Position numbers and translations under genes: made by a program. Positions 10,323-20,284 of a DNA stretch of 64,000 nt are shown one piece after another. Below the pieces are notes generated by a model. The model did not search any database. It saw nothing but the letters and a program-made list of their open reading frames with translations, and had not been told where the DNA came from. The DNA comes from Acidobacteriota bacterium (GTDB lineage: Bacteria; Acidobacteriota; UBA890; WLXD01): NCBI GenBank assembly GCA_963666055.2, contig CAXWPH010000003.1:64001-128000 (forward strand). The letters are read 5' to 3'. Every line of letters starts with the position of its first letter. Position 1 is the first letter of the stretch.

Positions 10323-11072
10323 TCAGATGCCCACCAGGTTCGGTCGAAGCTTGTGATAGCCGCGTTCGCTGGCCCACAGATCCAGTGGCAGGGCAGCAAT
10401 CTCGTCGACGTCCGCCACGGCGCGCGGGTCGGCCGCCAGGCTGACGACGTGCAGGTAGCGATTGCAGCTCAGGCAGGCGCGAACCTGAAGCTGCGGCAGC
10501 TTGTCGGTGCCGTACCACGCCAGCTGGGTGTCGTCCGTCTGACCACAAGCCGCGCATCGGGCGCGCGGGAACTCCCACTCCGCCAGGCAAAGGGAACAGA
10601 TCAGGCTCAACGCCGTGCCGTCGCCGTGAGTCCGCGAGCAGCAAACCTGGGGCGCATGGCCGCAGCGGGGACAGTGATCGACCGAGTCGCCAGTGGCGGC
10701 ACTCGCGCTGCTGTTGCCCGTGCCGGCAGCGGCCGCCGGGCCCAACAACACCCGGGCGAAGAAGCTCCGCGGTGATTCCGTGTCCTCGGTTTGGCGATAG
10801 GCCTCGAGGGCGATCTCGCCCGCCGCGGCGTCGAAGCATCGGGCGGCAGCCTTCAATGGATCAGGGGCGATCCTGATGACCAGGTTCACGAGGCCGGCGC
10901 GAGAGTCGAGTGGTGTCGCCGTCGAGACTCCTGCCTGGAACGCTGCAATCTCGGCGTAGAATTCCAGCGCCTGACGCGTCGCCGGGTGGCTTTCGGCGAG
11001 CACCCGGGCGCGTGCCTCACGGCGGGCACAAAGGTCGGCGAAGTCTTGCTGGCCTGGCAGCGGCGCGGTCAG
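10323..11072 (-). CDS. fdhE: Formate dehydrogenase accessory protein FdhE
   Basis: CPRCG, CSLC..EW..PRA.CAACG, CLSC..Y Cys pairs; probable start in the CTGA overlap with the fdnI stop. Confidence 0.9.
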   Translation of the reverse strand: MTAPLPGQQDFADLCARREARARVLAESHPATRQALEFYAEIAAFQAGVSTATPLDSRAGLVNLVIRIAPDPLKAAARCFDAAAGEIALEAYRQTEDTESPRSFFARVLLGPAAAAGTGNSSASAATGDSVDHCPRCGHAPQVCCSRTHGDGTALSLICSLCLAEWEFPRARCAACGQTDDTQLAWYGTDKLPQLQVRACLSCNRYLHVVSLAADPRAVADVDEIAALPLDLWASERGYHKLRPNLVGI

Positions 11073-11695
11073 CGGCCGGAGATCTTGGAGTACCACTTGG
11101 CGTGGTGCGACGCGGCCCAGTCGGCGCTCACCCAGCCTCGGGTCATGGCACGGAGGGAACCCGGGATCGCCGCCACGGCCATGTAGATGTGAACGATGAT
11201 GCCGCCAATGGCGACCACCGCTGCGAGCGGGTGCACGAGCAAGGCGGCAAAGGTGAGACCACGCGGCGCCGTGCTCGGAAACCACATCACCAGCCCGCTG
11301 GCCAGCAGTGCCACTGCGGCCATCGATTGAGCCCAGAACAGCATCTTCTGCCCGGCGTTGAAGCGCCCGGACTCCGGCAGCCCGTCGGCGTCGTTGGCAA
11401 TGTAACGATGCGCCTGGCGCAGCCAGCTGCGGTCGTCAACGTCGACGCGCATCTGGCGTGCCCAGCTGACGAACATCAGGCCGAGGATGGCTGCGAAGAA
11501 GATGCCGCCCCAGGGGTGTCCCCAGCGCGTCGCGTCGCCGCCGCCGAATATCGTCGACAGCCAGAGCAGCTTGTGGCTCCAGAGCGAGAGGCCGGTCGCT
11601 GCGACATAGACGAAGCCGATGGCGACCAGCCAGTGAACGGCTCGTTCGCGGAACGAAAAGCGCTCCAGGCGCTCGTCGGTGGGCGCGGTGTTCAC
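11069..11695 (-). CDS. fdnI: Formate dehydrogenase gamma (cytochrome b556) subunit
   Basis: ERAVHW, GRFNAGQK, HIYMA, MTRGWV, HHAKW. Confidence 0.95.
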   Translation of the reverse strand: MNTAPTDERLERFSFRERAVHWLVAIGFVYVAATGLSLWSHKLLWLSTIFGGGDATRWGHPWGGIFFAAILGLMFVSWARQMRVDVDDRSWLRQAHRYIANDADGLPESGRFNAGQKMLFWAQSMAAVALLASGLVMWFPSTAPRGLTFAALLVHPLAAVVAIGGIIVHIYMAVAAIPGSLRAMTRGWVSADWAASHHAKWYSKISGR

Positions 11696-12489
11696 GCCTC
11701 ACCTCCGTGCTCTTGGCCGAGGGGGCCGACGCGAAGGTAGTGCAGCAGTACCCCCAAGATACCGCCGAAGAAGACCAGATTGCCCAGCCACTTCACCGGG
11801 CCCTTCCAGAGCTTCACCGTCCAGTGCACGGTGGGATTGGCGGGAAGGCCGTAGATCTGCGGTTGCGAGGCGTCCTTGAGCACGTACAGCACATTGGTCC
11901 CGCCGACCCCCAGGGGGTTGTACACGCCGGCGTTCTGATGTCCCGCGTTGCGCAGATCCTCGGTACGGGTCTCGGCTAGCTGGAGAAGATCGTCCCGAGT
12001 ACCGAACGTCAAGCAGCTCGTCGGGCAGGCCTTGACGCAGGCGGGCTCCAGACCCACCGATGTACGATCGGAGCACAGGGTGCACTTGTAGACCTTTTGG
12101 GTCACCGGAGACAGGCGCGGTATGTCGAACGGGCAACCGGCGATGCAGTAACCACAGCCGATACACAGGTTGTGGTCGAAATCGACGATGCCGTTGTCGT
12201 GCCGGAAGATCGCCCCGGGGACGGGGCAAACGTCCATGCACCCTGGTTCGACACAATGCATGCACTGGTACTTGGAAAAGATCCAGTCGAGGGTGTTGTC
12301 CTCGTGCTCGACCTCCTTGAACTTGATTAAGTTCCAGAAGTCGTGGCGAACTTCAGGCATCGTCTGATAGGTGCCGTCGAACGCGCCGTACGTGGTCCCC
12401 TGATCGTTCCACTGCTGACAGGCGGCCTCGCAAGCCTTGCAGCCGATGCAGGTGGTGGTGTCGATCAGCTTGGCGACGATCTCGGCCAT
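11692..12489 (-). CDS. fdnH: Formate dehydrogenase beta (4x[4Fe-4S]) subunit
   Basis: KLIDTTTCIGCKAC, CMHC, CIGCGYC, KCTLC, PACVKACP; C-terminal TM helix. Confidence 0.95.
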   Translation of the reverse strand: MAEIVAKLIDTTTCIGCKACEAACQQWNDQGTTYGAFDGTYQTMPEVRHDFWNLIKFKEVEHEDNTLDWIFSKYQCMHCVEPGCMDVCPVPGAIFRHDNGIVDFDHNLCIGCGYCIAGCPFDIPRLSPVTQKVYKCTLCSDRTSVGLEPACVKACPTSCLTFGTRDDLLQLAETRTEDLRNAGHQNAGVYNPLGVGGTNVLYVLKDASQPQIYGLPANPTVHWTVKLWKGPVKWLGNLVFFGGILGVLLHYLRVGPLGQEHGGEA

Positions 12490-12493
12490 GAGC

Positions 12494-15400
12494 TCAGAGC
12501 TTCTCCAGGTTCACCAGGAACCCCTTGTATTCGGGCGTGCCGGAATTGGGATCGAGCACCGACGGGGTGAGGTTGTTGACCAGCGGTCCCCGAACTCTGC
12601 CGACGAAGCCCCAGTGGATGGGGATCCCGAGCTGATAGACGGGCCGCTCGGCGACTCGCAGGGCGCGCAACCGCTTGGTTACCATCGCGGGGCCTTCGAC
12701 GCGGCCGCGCGCCGCCGTCACCGCGACGAGATCTCCGTTGGCGATGCCCTTCTCGCGCGCCAACTCTTCGGGTACCTCGACGAAGAACTCCGGCTGTAGC
12801 TGCGAGGCCGTGGACACGTGCTTTGTCCAGAAGTGGAAGTGCTCGGTGAGCCGGAAAGTCACCGCCACGTAGGGGAACTCGTCGGCGCTGCCGAGCGGGT
12901 CGAGGTCGCCCCGCATGATCGTCGCCATCGGATTGCTGTTGACCGTCGGGTGCAACAGGTTGTCGACCGGCGACTCGACTGGCTCGTAGTGCTCCGGAAA
13001 CGGCCCTTCCACGAAGTCCGGCGCGAACAGCTTCGCCACCCCCTCGGCAAGCATGATGAACGAACCATACTGGTCGGGCGGAGCGTTAGCGGCGTAGTCG
13101 GCGACGTCTCCCAGATAGCGGCCATTGTCCCAGCGGATCGGTGCGCGCGTAACGTCCCAGGGCTGGCCGTCAGCATCGGCCGAGGCACGGTTGTAGAGCA
13201 CGCGACGGTTGGCCGGCCAGCTCCAGGCGTAGTCCGCGAACAGACCCAATCCGGTGGGGTCTTCCTGGCCGCGCCGATCCATCATGTTGCCGGCCTCGGT
13301 AAACGAACCCGCGTAAAGCCAGTTGCCGCACAGCGTCGACCCGTCGGCGCGCAGCTCTCCGAAGCCCCCCACCTGTTGGGCATTGCCGATCGAGCGGCCG
13401 CTGATCTCCATGGCCACCTCGGTCAGCGACGGCGACACCGCGTTGCCGTAGTCCCACGCGATGTTCAGTAGTGGCTCCGGGGCGGTGCCCCCCTCCTGGC
13501 GATACAAGTCGCGGAGCTTCAGGAACAGCCGGGCGATGATCTCCTGGTCGTTCTTGGCGTCGCCCGGCGGCGGCAGAGCGGCGTCTTTCCATTGCAGCCA
13601 GCGCGACGAGTTCACGAAGGTGCCGTCCTTCTCGGCAAAGCAGCCTGCCGGCAGCAGGAAGACCTCTGTATCGATGTCTGCTGGCTCGGCGGCGTTGGCG
13701 TAGTACTCGCCGGCAAGGTCCCGGGCCTTCCAGAACGCTGCCGTCTCGGTCTCGAAGTTCTCGACCACGATCATCCACTTGAGCTTGGCGAGCGCGGCAA
13801 TCATCTTCGGGCTATTGGGCCCGTTGGCCACCGGGTTCATTCCGAACGAGATCAACCCCTCCATCTCGCCTTCGTTCATGCGGTCGAAGATCTGGCCCCA
13901 GCTGTGGTTTGCGGCCTCGTCGATCTTCGGCAGCCAGTCGTAGCCGTAATCGTTCGATGCCTGGGCGTTGGCTCCGTAGTAGGCCTTCAGCAGGCTGGCC
14001 ATGAAGCGCGGCGTGCCGGTCCAATAGTTCATCGAGTCAGGGCGCAACGCCCGCGGCGAGTTGGCGGCGTTGTACTCGGCCAGCGATGTCTGCGGTGCCT
14101 TCGGAACCTTCAGATAGCCGGGCAGCATGTCCCATGCGCCCATGTCGGTGGCGCCCTGGATATTGGAATGGCCGCGCTGGGCGTTGAGCCCCCCGCCGGG
14201 CATGCCGATGTTGCCCAGCAATAGCTGCAACATCGCGGCGCAGTGGATCAGCTGCACCGAATGGCTGTGCTGGGTCCAGCCGAGTGCGTACAGGATCGTG
14301 CCGGAGCGGCCCGCACGGCCAGACGATGTGATCACCTCGGCAGCGCGCTCGAATGCCTCCGCGGTGCAGCCGCTAATCGAAGCCACGACGTCAGCCGTGT
14401 AAACGTTCGTAGTGGTGCGTCATGAGCTGGAACACACAGCGCGGGTGCTGCAACGTCGGGTCGACGCGAGCGTGGCCGCGGGAGTCGAGCTCGTAGCTCC
14501 AGGTCGACTTGTCGTAGGCGTTGCGTTCCGCGTCCCAGCCCGAGAAGTACCCGTCCTCGAAACCGAAGCCCTCCTGGATCAGGAACGCGGCGTTGGTGTG
14601 CTGCGCGACGTACTCTCGGTGATAGCGATCGTTGCTCAGCGCATACTTGATGAGGCCGCCGAGGAAGGCGATGTCGCTGCCGGCGCGGATCGCGACGTAC
14701 TCATCGGCAACCGCAGCGGTGCGGTTGAAGCGTGGGTCGACGCAAACCAGCTTGGCGTTGCGATTCTTCTTCGCCTGCATGACGAAGCGGAAGCCCACCG
14801 GGTGGTTCTCGGCGGGATTGCCCCCCATGACGAGGATCACATCAGCGTTGGCGACGTCCGTCCAGCCGTTGGTCATTGCCCCGCGACCGAACGTGGCGGC
14901 CAGACTGGCCACGGTGGGGCCGTGTCACAAACGCGCCTGGTTCTCGTACGGCAAGATCCCGAGACCGAAGCGCAGCTTGCCGAGCAGGTAGTTGACCTCG
15001 TTAGTGTCGGTGCAGCCGCCGATCAGCGCCAGGTTGGTAAGGCGGTTGACGGTACGGCCTTGCGCGTCGCGCTCCTCGAACCCGGCGTCACGCGTGTCCT
15101 TGATACGGCGCGCCATGCGGTCCAGAGCCTCGTCCCATGAGATGGGCTCGAAATCCGTCGCCCCTGGAGCGCGGTACAGGGGTCGCTCCAGCCGGCGGTC
15201 GTTGTTGACATAGTCCTTCAGGCTGATGCCCTTGGAGCAAAGCGTGCCGCGGTTGATCGGGCTGTCGGGATCGCCCTCGATGTGCACCACCGTTGGCTTT
15301 ACGTTGTCGGCACGATCGCCGAGCGTGTGGATGACGACACTGCAGCCGACGGCGCAATAGGGGCAGACGCTGTGGGTCTGCGTGGTGCGCGCGATCTTGA

Positions 15401-15509
15401 GCTGGCGGACCGCAGCGTGTGCCGGGCGCAGGTCAAACCCGAAGGCCGTGGTGGCGATCACCACCGCGCCTGCCTTGAACAGCTGCCGTCGAGAAACGTC
15501 CGTGCTCAT
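12494..15509 (-). CDS. fdnG: Formate dehydrogenase-N-type alpha subunit, selenoprotein (UGA at 14927-14925), with an apparent +1 frameshift near 14402
   Basis: Tat motif SRRQLFK; CPYCAVGC; NQARL-UGA-HGPTVASLA matches E. coli NQARVUHGPTVASLA; RGHSNIQG; PEYKGFLVN. Confidence 0.95.
14893..14924 (-). promoter_or_regulatory. Bacterial SECIS element
   Basis: Directly 3' of the UGA: CACGGCCCCACC-GUGGCCA-GUC-UGGCCGCCAC, a hairpin with a GU-containing apical loop at the fdnG-like spacing. Confidence 0.85.
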
Positions 15510-15575
15510 ACGCTCGAACCCCCGCTGGTTGATACCACGGTGGTTAGCGGATCGTCAACGAACAACGGGCCGACG

Positions 15576-16024
15576 ATGCAGCAATGTCTCAATGACGCGA
15601 TACAAGAACACACTGTCGGAAAGGATGTACCAACACTTCCCATTGTTCGCTGGTTCGCCATAATGGCGCTACTCGTGGCGCTTTTTCCCAGTATCGGATG
15701 CGCCTCAATGGCGCCACGCGCCAACGTGGCGCATATCGGCTACATCGCGGCTTCGGCCGGTGACATCGCTTCCACGCAACGAGCTCTGAGAGCCGGCGCC
15801 GTCGAGATGAAACCCGCTACTGGGAAGCAATCCCAACATCGAAAAGCTCGTAGGAATCAAGGTCGCGGGATGGGCCGGGCTGCGAGCGTTCGAAGGGGTG
15901 CTGGAGCGGCATGTCGAGCGGCCGCTCAAGTGGTGGGAGCAGGCCACTCGTCTGGGCGGTTCCTATCGGTGTGACGGCCTGGGCGACGGCGCACAACAAC
16001 GGCGTATCCCGACGACTCGAGTAG
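15576..16024 (+). CDS. Small membrane (lipo)protein, DUF5658-like, broken by two +1 frameshifts (~15811, ~15945)
   Basis: Reconstructed: ...SIGCASMAP...GDIASTQRALRAGAVEMNPLLG...IKVAGW...WWEQALVWAVPIGVTAWATAHNNGVSRRLE; start uncertain (15576 or 15663). Confidence 0.55.
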
Positions 16025-16179
16025 CGGCGCAAGCCGGCAGCGGGTCAATTGTCGGTCGTCGCGCCGCCCTCGCACAACGCTCGTGGTCGTCCTCGGAGGC
16101 CGTCTCCGGTGACGATGGCTGCGCCGGAATACGCTACAAGTACCCTCAGCGAACCTAACCGGCCGCGGGTATCGGAGGC

Positions 16180-17822
16180 TTGAACCAAATCATGAGACGT
16201 TATGGGCGGCCTGCGATCGTGCTGTTAATCGGGATGTGTGGTGCCGCCGGAGCGTCCCCGAGCGCCGCGTCGCAGCAGCCGTCGGCGGCTGATCGGGCGA
16301 TTACGTTACCCATCCGACGGCAGATCATCGCCCCGGCGGCGGTGACCGGCCACGCTAAGGCAACGCGGCGAACGCTTGCCGAGACCCTGGACTTCTGCCT
16401 GTCCAACAGCGACAAGTGCGCCCTGTCGGTGAACCACATGACCGACGGGTGGGACGTCACTTCAACGCCGATCGGCTGCAGACCACAGCGTCCACCTTCA
16501 AGACGTTGGTGCTGATTGGCTACGCGGAGGCGGTGGCCGATGGGCGCGTTGCACCGCACCGCGTGCTCGGGGGACGCGCGATCAATCCCGACAAGCTCAT
16601 GCGCCGCGACGACTGGGCGCGCTTCTGGAGCTCGCTCGACGGCGGGGCGCTCGCCGCCGCGTGGGAGGACCTGGGTCGGCCGTCCAAGGTGACCCCGGAT
16701 CAAATGGCTCGCCAGATGATCGCGTTCAGCGATAACGCTGCTCCCGACTGGTTCATCTCGGAGCTGGGCGAGGCCGCGATGCAGGAGGTTGTCGACCGCT
16801 ACGTCAATACCGCCGGGCATCACGACCGCCCACGACCCGTCAACGCTTTCTTCAATACGTGGGTCGCCAACCCGGACGAGGAAGGCATCGGCCCGCGCAT
16901 GTTCGCCGATTACAGCGGCAACGACGTCGGTGGCTACCACGCTGAAGTTGCGCGCCTGTTCGCCGACATGCACAAGAAGCGATTCATGAATCGTCTTCGC
17001 AAGGTGCGCTGCTTCGCGCTGCCCTGGAAGAAGGCACCCGCTGGCTGCGTGCCGGTGTTGGGTACGAGTCCCGACGAGCTGGTCGCCCTGAGTCAGTCGT
17101 ACTTCAACCGTTCGACTAGCCGCACGTATGTGAACCTGCTGACTCGGATGCTCTCCGGCGACCTGTGGGAGGCCGATGTGGAGGCCGTTGTACGGCGGCA
17201 GTTCGAGTGGGTGCTCGAACTACCCGACTTCTCCGCCGTCTTCAGCCGCAATGGCCGCAAGGGGGGCGCCTTGGGTACGAATGTTCTGAACTGGACCGCC
17301 TACATGCACTCGCGTGAAACCGGGGCGCAGATCGCCTTCACGATGATGTTGCAGAACCTTGCTCCCGGAGACATCGAGGCGAGCGACGTGATCCTTCTCG
17401 CCGAGGGCATCGCCCGCAGCGCGGCGTCAGCACGACTGCTTCGCGACACCGTGCCGGCCGAGCCCACGCTGCCGGAAATCGTTTCGCAAGTAGGGGTCGT
17501 GGAGGCGGCGGCGCGGCGCGGGGGTGGGACTGACCTGAGAGTTGAAGTAGAGATCATCAACACCAGTCCGCACCGAGCCCGGAAGCAGGTAGAAGTCGCC
17601 GCCTATCTGTCCAAGGACAGCATTTTCCAGATGAGCCGGGACACGCTCATCAGCAAAGCCAAAGCCGGAAAGCTCGGCGCGTACGGTCGCAAGGTCGTGA
17701 TGCTGTCCGGCGCGACCACCGTCTCGGTGGCCGACAAGTTCCTCCTCATCGTCGTCGATCCGAACGGCAAGCTCAAGGAGAGCGTGGAGGACAACAACGT
17801 CGCCTACCAGAGAATCCGTTAG
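16180..17822 (+). CDS. Secreted serine hydrolase (class A beta-lactamase-like) with a C-terminal CARDB domain; -1 frameshift near 16453
   Basis: Signal peptide; STFK, SDN and KGG motifs; VVDPNGKLKESVEDNN CARDB ending. Confidence 0.75.
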
Positions 17823-17903
17823 CAGTTGGGATGCCTTCGCTTGACTCACTGAAGATTCAGTAGATCGTCATTGTTTGTCGATGATTAATCGCTGAATTTC
17901 GAG

Positions 17904-18680
17904 ATGGCCGTGTCGCCTATCGGTGCGCTACGTTACCCACTCAGCCTCGGGCGCCGTTGTCTGCTTTCGGCTTCGCTGGCTGCCGGCCTGGTGGCCAGCT
18001 CGTTGTCCATCCTGGCTGCGTCGCAAGAGGGGACAACGGTGCACGACGCGGTGTTCAGCAGCGCGCAAGTCGAACGCGGCCAGGTCAGCTACGAGACCCA
18101 CTGCGCCTCCTGTCACGGCGCCGATCTCGGGGGCGACAGCGCCGGCGCTCTTGTCGGAGAGGACTTTCTGCGTAGCTGGACCGGCCTGTCGCTCAGCGGG
18201 CTGTTCGAGTTCGTCCAGGCCATGCCTCCAGAAGCCGCGTCGAGCCTCGGCGACCAGACCTATCTGGACCTCCTCAGCCACATCCTCCACACCAACGGGT
18301 TTCCGACCGGAGCGCAGGACCTGCGCACCGACGTCCTCGCGGCGGTGCTGCTGCAAGGCGCCGAAGGCCCTCAGGAAGTACCCGACTACTCGCTGGTGCA
18401 GGTGGTCGGTTGTCTGACCCGAGGACCGGACGACGCATGGATCGTGACTCAAGCGAGCGTCCCGATCCGCACCCGGAACCCCGCGGCATCGACCGGCGGC
18501 GCGCTGCTGGGCGCGAGTTCGGTGGCCCGCGGGTCGGCGTCCTTCGAGCTGTTGTACGTGTTTCCGCGCCCCGACGATCTGCAAGGACGCCGCGTCGAGG
18601 TGAAGGGCTTTCTTATCCGCGGCGATCGGGACGCGCTCAACGTCACGGCATTGTCGAGTTTGTCAGCACCCTGCCCTTAG
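17904..18680 (+). CDS. Periplasmic monoheme cytochrome c with a C-terminal beta-barrel domain
   Basis: CASCHG, distal MPP; VQVVGCL...VEVKGFL domain. Confidence 0.85.
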   Translation: MAVSPIGALRYPLSLGRRCLLSASLAAGLVASSLSILAASQEGTTVHDAVFSSAQVERGQVSYETHCASCHGADLGGDSAGALVGEDFLRSWTGLSLSGLFEFVQAMPPEAASSLGDQTYLDLLSHILHTNGFPTGAQDLRTDVLAAVLLQGAEGPQEVPDYSLVQVVGCLTRGPDDAWIVTQASVPIRTRNPAASTGGALLGASSVARGSASFELLYVFPRPDDLQGRRVEVKGFLIRGDRDALNVTALSSLSAPCP

Positions 18681-18704
18681 CGGCGTAACCAGACCCACCA
18701 GCCT

Positions 18705-18752
18705 TCCACCACGATATGCAACGATCATCTGTTACAGGCCACTAGTGGCCTG
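18705..18752 (+). mobile_element. IS630-like right-end remnant with an 18-bp palindrome
   Basis: Reads MQRSSVTGH-stop, like IS630 transposase C-termini; CAGGCCACTAGTGGCCTG (18735-18752) is a perfect palindrome centred on CTAG. Confidence 0.45.
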
Positions 18753-20271
18753 CGCTCGTTTCTTCCTCCGGCTGAGCGACCGGTTCGATGCCCTCGCGGA
18801 GCATGACGTCGCGGATTGCCGCGGCGGTGGGCGGTGAGCTGATGATGTTCATACCCCGGTGGACGCCTTCGGCGATCTCAAGTGGTGTCCAGCCCCTCGA
18901 GTTCTGCCGATTCCAGACGGCGATGTCAGCCCCCTCGTCGGCGAGTAGCCGGACGACCGCGGGTACGGCCTTGTAGGCGGCGCCGTGCATCGCTGTCTCG
19001 CCCTTGAGGTCGACGGCGTTGATGTCGCTTCCTAGCTCGAGGGCCAGCCTGACGACTTCGATCACCTCGGGCTCTGTGCCCGGATCCTCCCCCGGTGACG
19101 AGGTGCCGAGGCCGGCGGCAACCATCAGCGACGTCGACTCATCGTCGTTGGTCAGCAGCGGATCGGCACCCAGCTCGACGAGGAGGCGCATGTAGTCGGC
19201 GTCGGCCGTCCGTGCGGCCAGCAGAAACGGCGTCCCGCCCACGAAGCTCAGCGCCGTAATTCCGGCGGGTGGACGCTTGGTCACCCGCGCGTTCACGTCT
19301 GCGCCGGCTGCCACGAGCTTGCGGACAAGCTCGAGGCTCTCCATGTCACCCGAGCCCACGGGCGCCGGGTTGTTGCTCCCGGCGATGCCCGCCTTCCGTA
19401 CCCACGTGACCTGATGAAGCGCGGTCCAGCCGCGCGGCGCCACGTTCGGGTCGGCGCCGCGATCCAGGAGTTTGGCAGCGAGCTCGTAGTGCGCGTTTCC
19501 GACGGCCAGCAGAAAGGCGTTGACCCCCGCGTCGGAGGCCGAGTCTCTTTCCAGACCGCCAGCGGTCCGCCGTGCATTTACGGTGAGCGACTCGTCGAGG
19601 CTGGAGCCGGCATCCAGCAGGGCTTCGACGGCCTCGATGTGCCCTTCGCGGGCGGCGAACAGCAACGCCGTGAACGCCTTCTCGGAGGCGGCGTGGACGT
19701 CCGCGTCATGCGCCAGTAGCGCCTTGACCACATCGATGTGGCCCTCCGCGGCGGCCCACATCAGCGCCGTCTGCCCGCGCCAGCTCTCGGCCGCATTGAT
19801 GTGGGCTCCGTGTGCGAGCAGGAGCTCGACCGCTGCCAGGCTGCCGGTGCGTGCAGCTGTCATCAGGACGGTTTCGTCCTCCGCGAGGGTGGCGTTCACG
19901 TCGGCGCCGGCGTTTAGCAGCGCCAGGATGATCGACGCGTTGCCGTTGACCGCCGCGAGGGAGATCGGCTGCACGCCGTAGCGGTTTGTCGAGCTGGCGG
20001 TGGCACCCGCCTCGAGCAGCAACTCGATCATGTCGGCGTCGTTTCGATAAGCGGCCCAGTGGAGCGCGGTCGTCCCGTCTGCCTCGGGCTCGTCGACGTC
20101 GATGCCCTCCGACAGCAACGACCGCACGGCGGCGGCGTCGGTGCGTTTGACGGCATCGACCAGGGCCGCGTCGGCGGCCGCGGCGGTGCTGCCAGCGGCG
20201 AGCAGAAAACCGACGGTCGCGGCAAGGGAACGGAGCATGCTCAGCTTCAATGCGGTCATCACGTCACACAC
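18742..20271 (-). CDS. Exported ankyrin repeat protein
   Basis: Signal peptide; many GxTALHWAA/GADVNA repeats. Confidence 0.92.
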   Translation of the reverse strand: MCDVMTALKLSMLRSLAATVGFLLAAGSTAAAADAALVDAVKRTDAAAVRSLLSEGIDVDEPEADGTTALHWAAYRNDADMIELLLEAGATASSTNRYGVQPISLAAVNGNASIILALLNAGADVNATLAEDETVLMTAARTGSLAAVELLLAHGAHINAAESWRGQTALMWAAAEGHIDVVKALLAHDADVHAASEKAFTALLFAAREGHIEAVEALLDAGSSLDESLTVNARRTAGGLERDSASDAGVNAFLLAVGNAHYELAAKLLDRGADPNVAPRGWTALHQVTWVRKAGIAGSNNPAPVGSGDMESLELVRKLVAAGADVNARVTKRPPAGITALSFVGGTPFLLAARTADADYMRLLVELGADPLLTNDDESTSLMVAAGLGTSSPGEDPGTEPEVIEVVRLALELGSDINAVDLKGETAMHGAAYKAVPAVVRLLADEGADIAVWNRQNSRGWTPLEIAEGVHRGMNIISSPPTAAAIRDVMLREGIEPVAQPEEETSAGH

Positions 20272-20284
20272 GAAAATCGAGCGA

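Noticed and set aside
14925-14927. Nonsense mutation in fdnG
   Set aside because: The position and the SECIS indicate selenocysteine
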